From a virus (taxonomy: Duplodnaviria; Caudoviricetes): a DNA stretch of 42,538 bases. Below, in pieces: positions 16,476 to 26,837 of the stretch. The stretch lies in IMG/VR virus record IMGVR_UViG_3300020161_001223, positions 1-42,538 of that record; one strand, given 5' to 3'. Below the pieces are notes generated by a model. The model saw nothing but the letters and a program-made list of their open reading frames with translations, searched no databases and had not been told where the DNA came from. How positions within the stretch are numbered: the stretch's first letter is position 1; every line of letters begins with the position of its first letter. The position numbers were made by a program, and so were the translations under genes.

Positions 16476-18112
16476 TAACAATAGGATTTTCAACAAGAAA
16501 GATTGATGATAGTTTCGTAGAACTATTAAAAAAAACATGCGGTGTTCCAAACCCACAGATTATACCAATCGAAAACGAAGGTAAGTATTCATTACCTGAA
16601 GCATATAATATGATATTGGAGCAAGCAACAAATGACGTTGTTGTATTGTGTCACGATGACATTTATTTTGATAGTAAAAATTGGGGTAGTAAGATTTTAA
16701 ATCACTTTAAAAGAAATTCAGATTATGGAATTTTAGGTCTTGCGGGTTCAACACAACTTCCATCTTCATCCAAATGGTGGGAAGACTTTTCTAAAATGAA
16801 AGGAATTGTTAATCACGAACACGGAGGTAAAAAATGGGAATCAAAGTATTCTGCAAGTTTAGGAAATCAGATTGATGATGTAGTTTTAGTTGATGGTCTT
16901 TTTATTGTCTTAAACACAAAAAATGTCAAACAAAAATTTAATGAAGAAATAAAAGGGTTCCACTTCTATGATGTGGATTTTTCATTTAGAAACTTTATTG
17001 AAGATGTAAAGATTGGTGTTATATATGACGTAAGGGTTACTCACAAATCTATCGGCGAAACAAACGAACAATGGGAACAAAATAGAATTGTTTTTGCAGA
17101 AAAGCATAAAGAGATTTTACCAGTTAAAATCAAAAGAAATTTAACAATCAATTCACCAATTAAAGTTTTACTATCATCACTTTTTTTCAAAACCTTTACA
17201 GGTTCAGAGATGTATGTTTATGAACTAGCACGAGGATTAAAAAAATTAAATTGTGATGTTACCGTACTATCGGATATTGAAGGTCCTCTTTCGAAATTAG
17301 CTAATCAACAAGGAATTAAAACATTATCGTTTATGGACCCACCTGGTTATAAATTGGGTGACGGAAAGTGGGGATTTAATACTCCTGAGGGATTCAATCC
17401 AAGCCAACAAAATATGATGTACAAAACGTCAGAGGTTAATTTTGACATTGTACACGTACAACATAACCCAATATCTCAGAGAATTTGTGATATGTATCCA
17501 AACATCCCAAAACTATCAACAATACACTCAGAAGTTATTGATTTAGAAAATCCATACATACATGACTCAATTAAAAAATATGTTTGTATTAGACCTGAAA
17601 TTCAAAACCACATTGTCGAGAAGTTTGATATAGATGAGTCGAATACCGAAGTAATATATAACCCGATAGACACCAACCGTTTTAATACTAAAGATACTAA
17701 GATGTACCCGTATATTCTATTTGTCGGTACAATTGATTACTTAAGAGAAAACACAATTAGAGACCTTGTTGAATACTCTAAATCAATAAACAAAGAATTA
17801 TGGTTGGTTGGTGAAAATAAATCTAATTATTTGACCGAACTTCTACAAAACACCCACGTTAAACATTTTGAGGCAACCAATAAAGTTGAGCCTTACGTTA
17901 AAAACTGTAGTGAGACTGCTGGTATTCTTTTAGGTAGGACAACGATTGAAGGTTGGTTATGCGGTAAACCGGGTTGGATTTACAATGTTGATAACTCGGG
18001 TGAAATTTTAGATAAGAAAAAACACGAAGTACCTTCTGATATGGATAAATTTAATTCATTTGAAGTTGCAAAAAAAATAAAAGAGGAATATATAAAAATT
18101 TTAAATGATTAA
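16472..18112 (+). CDS. two-domain glycosyltransferase (GT-A/GT2-like N-terminus plus GT-B/GT4-like C-terminus)
   Basis: AYN...HDDI, VDGLF, FHFYDVD in the N-half; TGSEMYVYELARGL, VIYNPID, GRTTIEGWLCG in the C-half. Confidence 0.8.
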   Translation: MITIGFSTRKIDDSFVELLKKTCGVPNPQIIPIENEGKYSLPEAYNMILEQATNDVVVLCHDDIYFDSKNWGSKILNHFKRNSDYGILGLAGSTQLPSSSKWWEDFSKMKGIVNHEHGGKKWESKYSASLGNQIDDVVLVDGLFIVLNTKNVKQKFNEEIKGFHFYDVDFSFRNFIEDVKIGVIYDVRVTHKSIGETNEQWEQNRIVFAEKHKEILPVKIKRNLTINSPIKVLLSSLFFKTFTGSEMYVYELARGLKKLNCDVTVLSDIEGPLSKLANQQGIKTLSFMDPPGYKLGDGKWGFNTPEGFNPSQQNMMYKTSEVNFDIVHVQHNPISQRICDMYPNIPKLSTIHSEVIDLENPYIHDSIKKYVCIRPEIQNHIVEKFDIDESNTEVIYNPIDTNRFNTKDTKMYPYILFVGTIDYLRENTIRDLVEYSKSINKELWLVGENKSNYLTELLQNTHVKHFEATNKVEPYVKNCSETAGILLGRTTIEGWLCGKPGWIYNVDNSGEILDKKKHEVPSDMDKFNSFEVAKKIKEEYIKILND

Positions 18113-18836
18113 AATAGTAAGTTGTTTTTGGAATGCATCAAATTACGTTGAGAAATGTATAAACTCTGTTAAATCCCAAACGTTCAAGAATTATAAAATG
18201 TTTTTGATTGATGACATGTCAACGGATACTAGTAAAGATATTGTAAAAAAATTAATAGAGGGTGATGATAGATTTACGTTTATAGAAAACAGTAACAAGA
18301 AATTTAAACTTAAAAACTTTGATGACCTTATAATGGACGAAACTTTATTTGATGACGAAGATATCATTGTTGAACTTGATGGTGATGATTGGTTATATAA
18401 TGAAAACGTATTAGAGATTATAAATAAAAAATATGAGTCTAATAAGAACTTATGGTTAACTAACGGTAGTTTTGTTTACTCTAACGGTAGAATAGGGTTT
18501 TCAGGAAAGGCAAATTATGATTCAGTAAGGTCTGACGTTTTTATGTTCTCTCATCTCAGGACGTGGAAAACTCACCTATGGAGAAAGATTGATGAGTCGT
18601 CTTTCTTAGATACAAATGGAGAATACTTTAAGTCTGCGGCCGATGTGGCATATTCGTTCCCAATGGTAGAAATGGCAGGAAAAAATCATTATGAATTTAT
18701 ACCCGACATACTTTTAGTTTACAATGAGGAGAGTCCTTATAATGACCATAAAGAAGGTTCATCCGCAGGGGTTAACGACCAATTTAGATGTGCAAGTATC
18801 ATTAGAAACTTACCAAAATATAAATCATTAAATTAA
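18105..18836 (+). CDS. GT2-family glycosyltransferase
   Basis: CINSVKSQ, IDDMSTD, LDGDDWL, SHLRTW. Confidence 0.85.
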   Translation: MIKIVSCFWNASNYVEKCINSVKSQTFKNYKMFLIDDMSTDTSKDIVKKLIEGDDRFTFIENSNKKFKLKNFDDLIMDETLFDDEDIIVELDGDDWLYNENVLEIINKKYESNKNLWLTNGSFVYSNGRIGFSGKANYDSVRSDVFMFSHLRTWKTHLWRKIDESSFLDTNGEYFKSAADVAYSFPMVEMAGKNHYEFIPDILLVYNEESPYNDHKEGSSAGVNDQFRCASIIRNLPKYKSLN

Positions 18837-18840
18837 AAAT

Positions 18841-19656
18841 ATGTTTATTACTTCATTTCTAATGGGAGGATTAGGTAATCAAATGTTCCAAATCGCCAAA
18901 TCATTATCTGAGGGATATGAAAACAATATTGAAGTTTTTTTTAGACCCACCTCATACATACCAATGCACGGTAATCAACCTTCAAAATACTTAAACAATA
19001 TTTTTAGAAATGTTGTTTTTAAAAATATTGATGTGAGTACTGAAAGAATTTCTGAACAAACGTGGGAGTATAAAAAAATTGATGTTATGTATTTTAAACC
19101 GGTAGAGTACTACGGTTACTTTCAGAGTAGTAAAAACTTTGGTACTCATTCTGAAAAAATAAAAGATGTTTTTAAACCGACGGAAGATTTTATAGAAAAA
19201 ATAAAAATAAAATACCCACAAGTATTTGAAAAAAACTCAACATCCATTCACGTTAGACGAGGCGATTACCTCACTATACAAAATATTTTACCGGTAGTTG
19301 ATAAAACATATATCGATAAGTGTGTGAGTGAAATTGAAGATATCGGACCTATTTTAATTTTTTCTAATGATAAAGAATGGGTACGTAATAACTTAAACTA
19401 TAAAAATTCAATTATTATTGAAGGTTTGGAAGATTATGAAGAATTATGGTTAATGAGTTTATGTCAAAATAATATCCTTTCAAACTCTTCTTTTTCTTGG
19501 TGGGGTACTTACCTTAATAAAAATAAGAACAGAAGAACATTTGCACCTTCAATATGGTTTGGTCCCGATGGTGAAAAAAATTATGAAGACATTTATGAAA
19601 ATGAATGGAATAAAATTAACGTAAAGTATTCAAACGGTACTTTATTATGTGAATAA
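18841..19656 (+). CDS. GT11 alpha-1,2-fucosyl/colitosyl-transferase
   Basis: GGLGNQMFQ, GYFQS, HVRRGDY, IFSND..W, LMSLC...I.SNSSFSWW. Confidence 0.9.
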   Translation: MFITSFLMGGLGNQMFQIAKSLSEGYENNIEVFFRPTSYIPMHGNQPSKYLNNIFRNVVFKNIDVSTERISEQTWEYKKIDVMYFKPVEYYGYFQSSKNFGTHSEKIKDVFKPTEDFIEKIKIKYPQVFEKNSTSIHVRRGDYLTIQNILPVVDKTYIDKCVSEIEDIGPILIFSNDKEWVRNNLNYKNSIIIEGLEDYEELWLMSLCQNNILSNSSFSWWGTYLNKNKNRRTFAPSIWFGPDGEKNYEDIYENEWNKINVKYSNGTLLCE

Positions 19657-19668
19657 AAAACAAATGAA

Positions 19669-20295
19669 ATGCTATTAGATTTTAATTTATTAAAAACAAA
19701 ATATAAAATGGAAGTCAGAGGGGTAATCCATATTGGTGCTCACTTTGGTCAGGAATATAACACATACAAAAATAATGGTGTTGAAAACACTATGTTTTTT
19801 GAACCAGTACCGCAAACATTTAAAGTTTTAAGTGAGAATTTATCAGGTAAATCGATTTTAATTAATAAGGCGTTAGGTAATGAAAATAAAAAAATGACAA
19901 TGAATATTGAGTTTGCTAATAATGGGCAATCAAGTTCTTTATTAGAGCCATCACTACATTTAAAACAATATCCTCACATAGTATTTGAAGATACGATAGA
20001 TGTTGAAATGGTTAGGTTAGATGACTTTATTAATGAAAATTATAAAGAAGAAATATCAAACTACAATATGATAAATATTGATGTCCAAGGGTATGAGTTG
20101 GAGGTTTTCAAAGGGTCGTCTAACATACTTGAAAACATTGATTATATCATTACTGAAGTTAATAGAGATGAGGTTTATGTTGGTTGTGCCAAGGTAGATG
20201 AGTTAGACGAGTTTCTTAAAAAATATAATTTTTCTAGAGTTGAGACAACTTGGGATGGTGTAACTTGGGGGGACGCATTTTATGTTAAAGGATAA
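19669..20295 (+). CDS. FkbM-family SAM-dependent methyltransferase
   Basis: VIHIGAHFGQE, FEP, SSSLLEP, RLDD, NIDVQGYELEV.KG, WGDAFY. Confidence 0.88.
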   Translation: MLLDFNLLKTKYKMEVRGVIHIGAHFGQEYNTYKNNGVENTMFFEPVPQTFKVLSENLSGKSILINKALGNENKKMTMNIEFANNGQSSSLLEPSLHLKQYPHIVFEDTIDVEMVRLDDFINENYKEEISNYNMINIDVQGYELEVFKGSSNILENIDYIITEVNRDEVYVGCAKVDELDEFLKKYNFSRVETTWDGVTWGDAFYVKG

Positions 20296-21091
20296 ACTGA
20301 ATATTATAGACACGATGTTTAGTCATGCCAAATCAAGTAGTTGGTATAACGAACCAACTAAATTTGATTGGGTAAGAAATCCGGATTCAGATACACTAAT
20401 TTTTACCGATTTGTCCTTGACTCAATCACATAATTATAATGTGAAAAAAAAATATGCTTGGATGTTAGAATCTCCAGAAATCACACCAACTTCTTACGAA
20501 TACATAAAAAACAATTTTAATTTATTTGACGGTATTTTTACCTTCGATAAAGAACTACTTTCTATAGATAATAAATTTACATTCTTACCTTGTGGGGGTT
20601 GTTGGGTTGATGAATATGATAAAGGAATACACGAAAAAACTAAAATGATTTCTATGTTATCCTCAAACAAAAATTCAACTGAAGGTCATAAACTAAGACA
20701 TCAGATAATAAATGAATTAGATGGAATTGATTATTTCGGTTATATGAAACCAATAGATAAAAAAATAACATCCTTGAGAGATTATCGTTTTTCTATTATC
20801 ATAGAGAACACAAAGAAAGATTATTATTTTACTGAAAAAATAATTGATTGTTTTATGACCGGAACAATTCCCATATATTATGGGTGCCCATCTATAGGTG
20901 ATTTTTTTGACGATTATGGAATCATTACTTTTGATTCAATATCAGAACTAAAAAAAATCATAAGCGAATTAAGTACGGATGATTACGATAAAAGAATAAA
21001 CTCAATAAAAAAAAATTATGAGGAAGCTAAAAAATATTTAGTAGCCGATGACATAATTTATGAAAAAATAAAAAAATATGAAAGTAATTAG
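20282..21091 (+). CDS. GT10-like (alpha-1,3/4-fucosyltransferase fold) glycosyltransferase
   Basis: YRFSIIIEN...YFTEKIIDCF.TGTIPIYYG, the alpha-1,3-FucT motif. Confidence 0.8.
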   Translation: MLKDKLNIIDTMFSHAKSSSWYNEPTKFDWVRNPDSDTLIFTDLSLTQSHNYNVKKKYAWMLESPEITPTSYEYIKNNFNLFDGIFTFDKELLSIDNKFTFLPCGGCWVDEYDKGIHEKTKMISMLSSNKNSTEGHKLRHQIINELDGIDYFGYMKPIDKKITSLRDYRFSIIIENTKKDYYFTEKIIDCFMTGTIPIYYGCPSIGDFFDDYGIITFDSISELKKIISELSTDDYDKRINSIKKNYEEAKKYLVADDIIYEKIKKYESN

Positions 21092-21767
21092 TTTTTCACT
21101 GTATGGTGACAACCCAATCTATACGGTGGGTTGTATTAATAATGCGAAATTAAAAAAAGAATTTTTCTTGGATTGGGAAATGTGGGTATACCACAACGAT
21201 ACTGTCCCTTCCGATATTTTAAATCAACTAAAGGAACTTGATGTTAAATTAATAAATACGAATGAGGAAAATGGGTTTTTTGGTTCTCTGTGGCGATTTA
21301 GACCTATCATTGAAACTGATGTAGAATATTTTATTTCAAGAGACTGTGATTCAAGAATTAGTAAACGAGATGAGGTTGCGGTTAGTGAATGGATAGACTC
21401 TGGTAAAAGTTTTCACATTCTGAGAGAACATCCGATAGGACATGGATGGCCAATGAATGCCGGCATGTGGGGGTCAAAAGGAATGTCAATCCCTGATTTT
21501 GATGAACTAATGTCTCAATACCTTTTATCGAACCCAAGAACAAACGATAAATCAATCGACCAATGTTTTTTAAGAGATATAATTCACCCAATAGTTAAAA
21601 ATAGCTTGTTTTTACACGACGAATATTTTAACTACGAAGGGATTGGTACTCACATCAAAAGAGACCGAGCAATTGACGACTTTGCGTTTATAGGTGAATC
21701 TGTGGACGAAAACGATATCCCAAGAGGAGACCAAAGAAGTCCGATAATAATGAGATATAAATCTTAA
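21078..21767 (+). CDS. putative GT-A-like glycosyltransferase
   Basis: KVISFSLYG, WRF.P, SRDCDSR (DxD), AGMWG, DQCFL; located inside the glycan cluster. Confidence 0.55.
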   Translation: MKVISFSLYGDNPIYTVGCINNAKLKKEFFLDWEMWVYHNDTVPSDILNQLKELDVKLINTNEENGFFGSLWRFRPIIETDVEYFISRDCDSRISKRDEVAVSEWIDSGKSFHILREHPIGHGWPMNAGMWGSKGMSIPDFDELMSQYLLSNPRTNDKSIDQCFLRDIIHPIVKNSLFLHDEYFNYEGIGTHIKRDRAIDDFAFIGESVDENDIPRGDQRSPIIMRYKS

Positions 21768-21773
21768 AAAAAA

Positions 21774-22484
21774 ATGATTAGTATAGTAACAGGAACTCTT
21801 AATAGAAAAGAACTACTTTCAGGTTTAATATCAAATACCGTAGATTCTAACAACAATTTAGAGTTGGTATTAGTGGATGGTGGGAGTGATGACGGTACAA
21901 TTGAGTTTATTGAGTCCCTTAATCACCCAAGAATTAAATTAATAAAGGTTGGTGGGAGAAGTGGGTATCCTCATTTTATGAATTTGGGTATTCAAAATGC
22001 AACTTATGATTGGATTTGCCAGTGGAATGATGACGTTATTTTAATTAACCAATGGGAAGATATTATTAACGAATTAAACGATGAACATCAGTTTTATCTT
22101 TTTAATTGGAAATACGGTAATATTCAAGATATTAAAGATGAACAATGGTTAAGTGGATTTGATTATTTAAGTGGGTGGTGCATGGTTGATAATGTGTCGT
22201 CAGGAGGTGAAATAGTAATGAATTATGGAATTTACCATAAAAACATTTTTAAAAAAATAGGTATGTATAATAATTCATATAAGTACTATTATGCGGATGG
22301 GGATATGTCATACAGAGCACATATGTTTGGGTTTAAACACAAACCTATGTCAAACATTAAAGTTTGTTCATTATGGACTCAGAAAAACGCAATTCACTCA
22401 AATGACGATACTGAAATTTATAATCAAAACATAGAAATGTATCGTCAAAATATATTACCTAACAACATAGAATTTTTGAAATAA
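21774..22484 (+). CDS. GT2-family glycosyltransferase
   Basis: ISIV, VDGGSDDGT, MNLGI, WNDD, YYADGDMSYR. Confidence 0.85.
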   Translation: MISIVTGTLNRKELLSGLISNTVDSNNNLELVLVDGGSDDGTIEFIESLNHPRIKLIKVGGRSGYPHFMNLGIQNATYDWICQWNDDVILINQWEDIINELNDEHQFYLFNWKYGNIQDIKDEQWLSGFDYLSGWCMVDNVSSGGEIVMNYGIYHKNIFKKIGMYNNSYKYYYADGDMSYRAHMFGFKHKPMSNIKVCSLWTQKNAIHSNDDTEIYNQNIEMYRQNILPNNIEFLK

Positions 22485-22485
22485 A

Positions 22486-23259
22486 GTGGTTGGGAGATTA
22501 AACATTTATGACAGCAGATTTAATTACAATTATAAGGGATTTACCTCGATTGTTAATCAGTTAATTGCTCTTGCCAAAATACATTACGAAAGATTTGGTA
22601 ACTATAATGTCTTCGTGGAAGATGAGCAAGTGTTAGATTTATTTGACAATAATTATAAGGTTAATAATGATGATAACATTTACGACGTTCACCCTATTTT
22701 TTTTGAGGAATTTTATAACGGTAAGTATGAGCATGATTTTAACGCCCATAAATTAGTGGATGTTGGGGACTTAAAAACTAGGGACCCGAAAAATTTTATG
22801 AGTTTAAAAAAAGAACATTTAAACCAATTTAATAAATTGAAGAGTGAACTTTTTATGGGTGAAAATATTTTAGGAGTTCAAATTAGAGGAACGGATAAAA
22901 AAACAGAATTACCTAAAATAGAAGAATCAATTGTTATAAACCACATAGATAAATTATTAAATAACAATACAGAAATAGATAGAATTTTTGTATCAACCGA
23001 CGATTTTAATTATTTAGATATTATACTTAAAACATTTGGTGATAAGAATGTTATCTATAATGATAAAAATTTAATTAGTCGTGACGGGGAGCCACTACAT
23101 ACCAGATACGATAGAAAAAAAATTAATTATGAAGTAATGTCAGATGTTTACCTCCTTTCAAAATGTAATCATATGTTATATTCATTCTCAAACGTTAGTT
23201 TTTTAGCATTATCTATGATGGAAAATTTTAATAAACAATTAATAAATATTAACACGTGA
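22486..23259 (+). CDS. NodZ/GT23-like or O-fucosyltransferase-fold protein
   Basis: LGVQIRGTDK, IFVSTDD and DVYLLSKC......SNVS are the three GDP-fucose-binding motifs; GTG start. Confidence 0.75.
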   Translation: MVGRLNIYDSRFNYNYKGFTSIVNQLIALAKIHYERFGNYNVFVEDEQVLDLFDNNYKVNNDDNIYDVHPIFFEEFYNGKYEHDFNAHKLVDVGDLKTRDPKNFMSLKKEHLNQFNKLKSELFMGENILGVQIRGTDKKTELPKIEESIVINHIDKLLNNNTEIDRIFVSTDDFNYLDIILKTFGDKNVIYNDKNLISRDGEPLHTRYDRKKINYEVMSDVYLLSKCNHMLYSFSNVSFLALSMMENFNKQLININT

Positions 23260-23942
23260 AATACATACACCACCATTTAGGTTTAGGGGACCATATTATT
23301 TGTAACGGTATGGTTAGATACATGCAGAAAAAATATGATAAAGTTTCAGTTTTTTCTTATCATCATAACATTAAAAATGTTAGTTATATGTATTCGGATA
23401 ATGAAAACATAACTGTAATACCAATATCCAGTGACTCTGAAGTAGACATATATTGTATGTCAAACAACATTAATATAGAGAATATAATTAAAGTTGGGTT
23501 CTCCGAACTATCAAATTACCTACCCCAAATTAAGTTTGATGAGGCGTTTTATAAAATTGCTGGTATTGAATTTTCAGTAAGGTTTGAAAGTTTCTTTATT
23601 CCGAGAAATCGAGAAAGAGAAATTGAAGTGTATAATGAATTAAACCCTAATAACGAGTCTTTTATTTTTCTACACGAGGATAAAACAAGGGGGTTTTTTT
23701 TGGACAGGGGTAAAATCCCAACAGGTTACAAAATAATAGAAAACGATATAAAATATAATGTTTTTGATTTATTGTATCTTTTTGAAAACGCCGAAGAAAT
23801 ACATTTAATGCAATCATCAATTAAAGATTTAATTAATTCTTATGTTTTGAATAAACCAAAAATTGTCTTACATAATTATGTAAGACGTTACGGTGAAGAA
23901 TTAAACTCAATAGGTTTAAATAAAATTAATATTATCGATTAA
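23256..23942 (+). CDS. putative glycosyltransferase (GT9-like N-terminal motif)
   Basis: HLGLGDHII..G and ENAEEIHL.QSS patterns; glycan-cluster context; GTG start. Confidence 0.5.
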   Translation: MKYIHHHLGLGDHIICNGMVRYMQKKYDKVSVFSYHHNIKNVSYMYSDNENITVIPISSDSEVDIYCMSNNINIENIIKVGFSELSNYLPQIKFDEAFYKIAGIEFSVRFESFFIPRNREREIEVYNELNPNNESFIFLHEDKTRGFFLDRGKIPTGYKIIENDIKYNVFDLLYLFENAEEIHLMQSSIKDLINSYVLNKPKIVLHNYVRRYGEELNSIGLNKINIID

Positions 23943-23945
23943 TTT

Positions 23946-24731
23946 ATGTCTAATTTAATTATTGGTAATACGTCTCAGTTAAGTCACTACTTCCCGAGTG
24001 ACTATGAAAAAATATCATCCAGAAATATTAATTTCGATGAAATCAAAAAGAAACGATATAAAAAAATATTTTTACTTTTTGCGGAACAAAGAACCTTTGT
24101 TGAGAATAATGTTGAAGATTTTAATAAAATAAACTTTGATTATACTTTAGAGGTTATTGATAATCTTTTAGAGTCGTGTGAGCAGATAATTATTTATGCG
24201 ACTTCTGAATTGTGGAATAAATACGACGGAAAAATATCTTTAGATTTACCCTTCGATTTCAACACAACACCTTATATTGAGTCAAAAAGAAAGTTGTGTG
24301 ATTTTATTAAAAACGACAGAAAAAAATACCAAAAGGTCATTATAATTTATCCATTTAATTTCAATTCAATTCATAGAAAGGGTGGGTTTTTATTTGGTAA
24401 GATATTCGATTCTTTAATCACAAACAAAAAAATCACAATAGGGGATGTTGATTTTTATAGAGACCTTATTCATCCTAAAATTATAGTTGACGTGTCGATA
24501 CAAACTGAATCGGACGTTATTATAGGTTCAGGGGAACTAATAAATGTAAAAACTTTTATTAAGGACCTTTATACTCTACACAATAAAAATTTTGATGAGT
24601 ATATTACAATAGATAATAAACACAATTTAAAAAATAAAAGGTCCAATTATTATAACTCAATTAAACACTCAAGTTATAAAGAATTGTTGGATTTATCGTT
24701 AAAAGACTTGTATGAATATAAAATTAGTTAA
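23946..24731 (+). CDS. atypical NDP-sugar epimerase/reductase (extended SDR-like)
   Basis: YATSELW, catalytic YIESK (YxxxK), PFNFNS, YRDLIH, IIGSG; the Gly-rich loop is reduced to IGNTSQLS. Confidence 0.65.
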   Translation: MSNLIIGNTSQLSHYFPSDYEKISSRNINFDEIKKKRYKKIFLLFAEQRTFVENNVEDFNKINFDYTLEVIDNLLESCEQIIIYATSELWNKYDGKISLDLPFDFNTTPYIESKRKLCDFIKNDRKKYQKVIIIYPFNFNSIHRKGGFLFGKIFDSLITNKKITIGDVDFYRDLIHPKIIVDVSIQTESDVIIGSGELINVKTFIKDLYTLHNKNFDEYITIDNKHNLKNKRSNYYNSIKHSSYKELLDLSLKDLYEYKIS

Positions 24732-25863
24732 AGACACTATTGATAGTCAAGATATAAATAATCTAATTGAATGGTTAAAAACGAACCCTAAACTAACAAA
24801 GGGGGAACTAACTGTTGAATTTGAAAAACAATGGTCTGAGTGGTTGGGGGTTAAGTACTCTGTATTTGTTAACTCGGGTTCATCCGCAAATTTAGCAGCA
24901 ATTTATTCGTTATTACTATCAGGTAAATTAAAAAATAATAAAATAGTGGTTCCTGCCGTTTCGTGGGTTACCACAGTAACACCGGCAATACAACTCGGGT
25001 TAGAACCCATAATGTGTGAATGTGACGAAAAAAATTTAGGGTTAGATATAACACATTTAGAGAGTATCATTAAGAATGAAAATCCCTCCGCAATTATTTT
25101 AGTACATGTTTTAGGTTTACCAAACCACATGGATGAAATAGTAAAATTATGTAAAGAAAATAACGTACTACTTGTTGAGGATAGTTGTGAATCTATAGGT
25201 TCTAAATACAACAATAAAATGATTGGGACGTTTGGTGATATGTCTACGTTCTCTTTTTATTTTGGTCACCACATGTCAACTATTGAGGGTGGGATGATTT
25301 CAACAAATGATGAAGATTTATATCACATACTACTATCCATTAGGTCTCACGGATGGGATAGGGATTTACCTTCTGAAAAACAATCTGAATTAAGAAAAAA
25401 ATACAACATACAAAATTTTAGGTCTTTATACACCTTTTATTATCCAGGGTTTAATCTTAGAGCAACTGATTTACAGGCATTTATTGGTTTACAACAACTA
25501 AAAAAATTGGATTTAATTGTATCTAACAGAAATAAAAATTATGTTAGATATAAAAATGAAATAAAGAATGATTTTTGGTCAGCATCTGAACCCACGAATA
25601 GTTTTGTTTCGAACTTTTCATACCCAATTATAACTAAAAACATAGATAAATTAGTTAAATCACTTACCGAAAACAATATAGAATGTAGACCCCTAATTTG
25701 TGGTTCAATTACCGAACACCCTTTTTGGTATGAGAGATATGGTAAACAGGATTTACCAAATGCAAAATTAGTACACGAGTATGGACTTTATGTTCCAAAT
25801 AATCACGAAATGACAGATGACGAAATAAATAAAATTATCAAAATTGTAAATGAAAATATATGA
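24712..25863 (+). CDS. colD: GDP-4-keto-6-deoxy-D-mannose 3-dehydratase (ColD-type, DegT/DnrJ fold)
   Basis: VNSGSSANL, VSWVTT, EDSCES, FSFYFGHHMSTIEGG with His at the usual PLP-Lys position, RSHGWDRDLP; no RfbH/E1 Fe-S Cys motif. Confidence 0.8.
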   Translation: MNIKLVKDTIDSQDINNLIEWLKTNPKLTKGELTVEFEKQWSEWLGVKYSVFVNSGSSANLAAIYSLLLSGKLKNNKIVVPAVSWVTTVTPAIQLGLEPIMCECDEKNLGLDITHLESIIKNENPSAIILVHVLGLPNHMDEIVKLCKENNVLLVEDSCESIGSKYNNKMIGTFGDMSTFSFYFGHHMSTIEGGMISTNDEDLYHILLSIRSHGWDRDLPSEKQSELRKKYNIQNFRSLYTFYYPGFNLRATDLQAFIGLQQLKKLDLIVSNRNKNYVRYKNEIKNDFWSASEPTNSFVSNFSYPIITKNIDKLVKSLTENNIECRPLICGSITEHPFWYERYGKQDLPNAKLVHEYGLYVPNNHEMTDDEINKIIKIVNENI

Positions 25864-26837
25864 AAAAGGCATTAATTACAGGTATAAATGGACAGGATGG
25901 TTCTTATTTGGCAGAACTATTAGTGAGTAAAAATTATGAAGTTTGGGGTACTGTTAAGAGAAATTCAGTATCTGAAACACAATCATCAAGAATTGAACAC
26001 TTAAGAGATAGTGGATTAATAAATCTCGAATATGCAGATTTGACTGATATGGCATCACTAATCAGTATACTATCTAAGGTCCAACCTGATGAGGTATACA
26101 ATCTAGCTGCACAATCACACGTAAGGGTTAGTTTTGACCAACCGATTTATACTGCAAATGTTACGGGTGTCGGCACTTTAAATCTTCTTGAAGCTGTTAG
26201 GATGGTATCCCCACATTCGAAAATTTATCAAGCATCATCTTCAGAAATGTTTGGTAATACGATTGACGGAGATGGGTACCAAAGGGAAACAACTTCGATG
26301 AATCCGGTTTCACCTTATGGTTGTGCTAAAGTGTTTTCATATAATATCTGTAGAAACTACAGAAATGCTTACGGTATGAAAATATGGAACGGTATCCTTT
26401 TTAATCACGAATCACCAAGAAGAGGAACAAACTTCGTAACCAATAAAGTCGTTAAAGCTGCGGTCAGAATAAGTTTAGGGTTACAAGAAAAACTTCATAT
26501 TGGTAATTTGGACGCATCAAGAGACTGGGGACACGCTAAGGATTATGTTGAAGCGATGTGGTTAATGTTACAGTCTGAGACACCAGACGACTATGTATGT
26601 GCGACCGGAGTTTCACACACGGTTAAAGACTTGTGTGATTACACTTTTAGTACATTAGGTTTGGATTATAAAGATTATATTGTTATAGATGAAAAACATT
26701 TCAGACCTGAGGAATTAGAAAATCTTAAGGGGGACTCATCTAAATTAAAAAATAATTTAGGGTGGGAACGAGAATATACATTTGAAACAATGTTAGATGA
26801 AATGATAAACTATTGGTTAAAATATTATGGAAAATAA
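25860..26837 (+). CDS. gmd: GDP-mannose 4,6-dehydratase
   Basis: ALITGINGQDGSYLAE, YNLAAQSHVRVSF, QASSSEMFG, SPYGCAK, GILFNHESPRRG, RDWGHAKDYV, FRPEE. Confidence 0.97.
   Translation: MKKALITGINGQDGSYLAELLVSKNYEVWGTVKRNSVSETQSSRIEHLRDSGLINLEYADLTDMASLISILSKVQPDEVYNLAAQSHVRVSFDQPIYTANVTGVGTLNLLEAVRMVSPHSKIYQASSSEMFGNTIDGDGYQRETTSMNPVSPYGCAKVFSYNICRNYRNAYGMKIWNGILFNHESPRRGTNFVTNKVVKAAVRISLGLQEKLHIGNLDASRDWGHAKDYVEAMWLMLQSETPDDYVCATGVSHTVKDLCDYTFSTLGLDYKDYIVIDEKHFRPEELENLKGDSSKLKNNLGWEREYTFETMLDEMINYWLKYYGK

Noticed and set aside
15394-16477. ATGATA repeated at both ends of glf, suggesting a cassette insertion with target duplication
   Set aside because: Only 6 AT-rich bases, explained by ATGA stop/start coupling; needs comparative genomes
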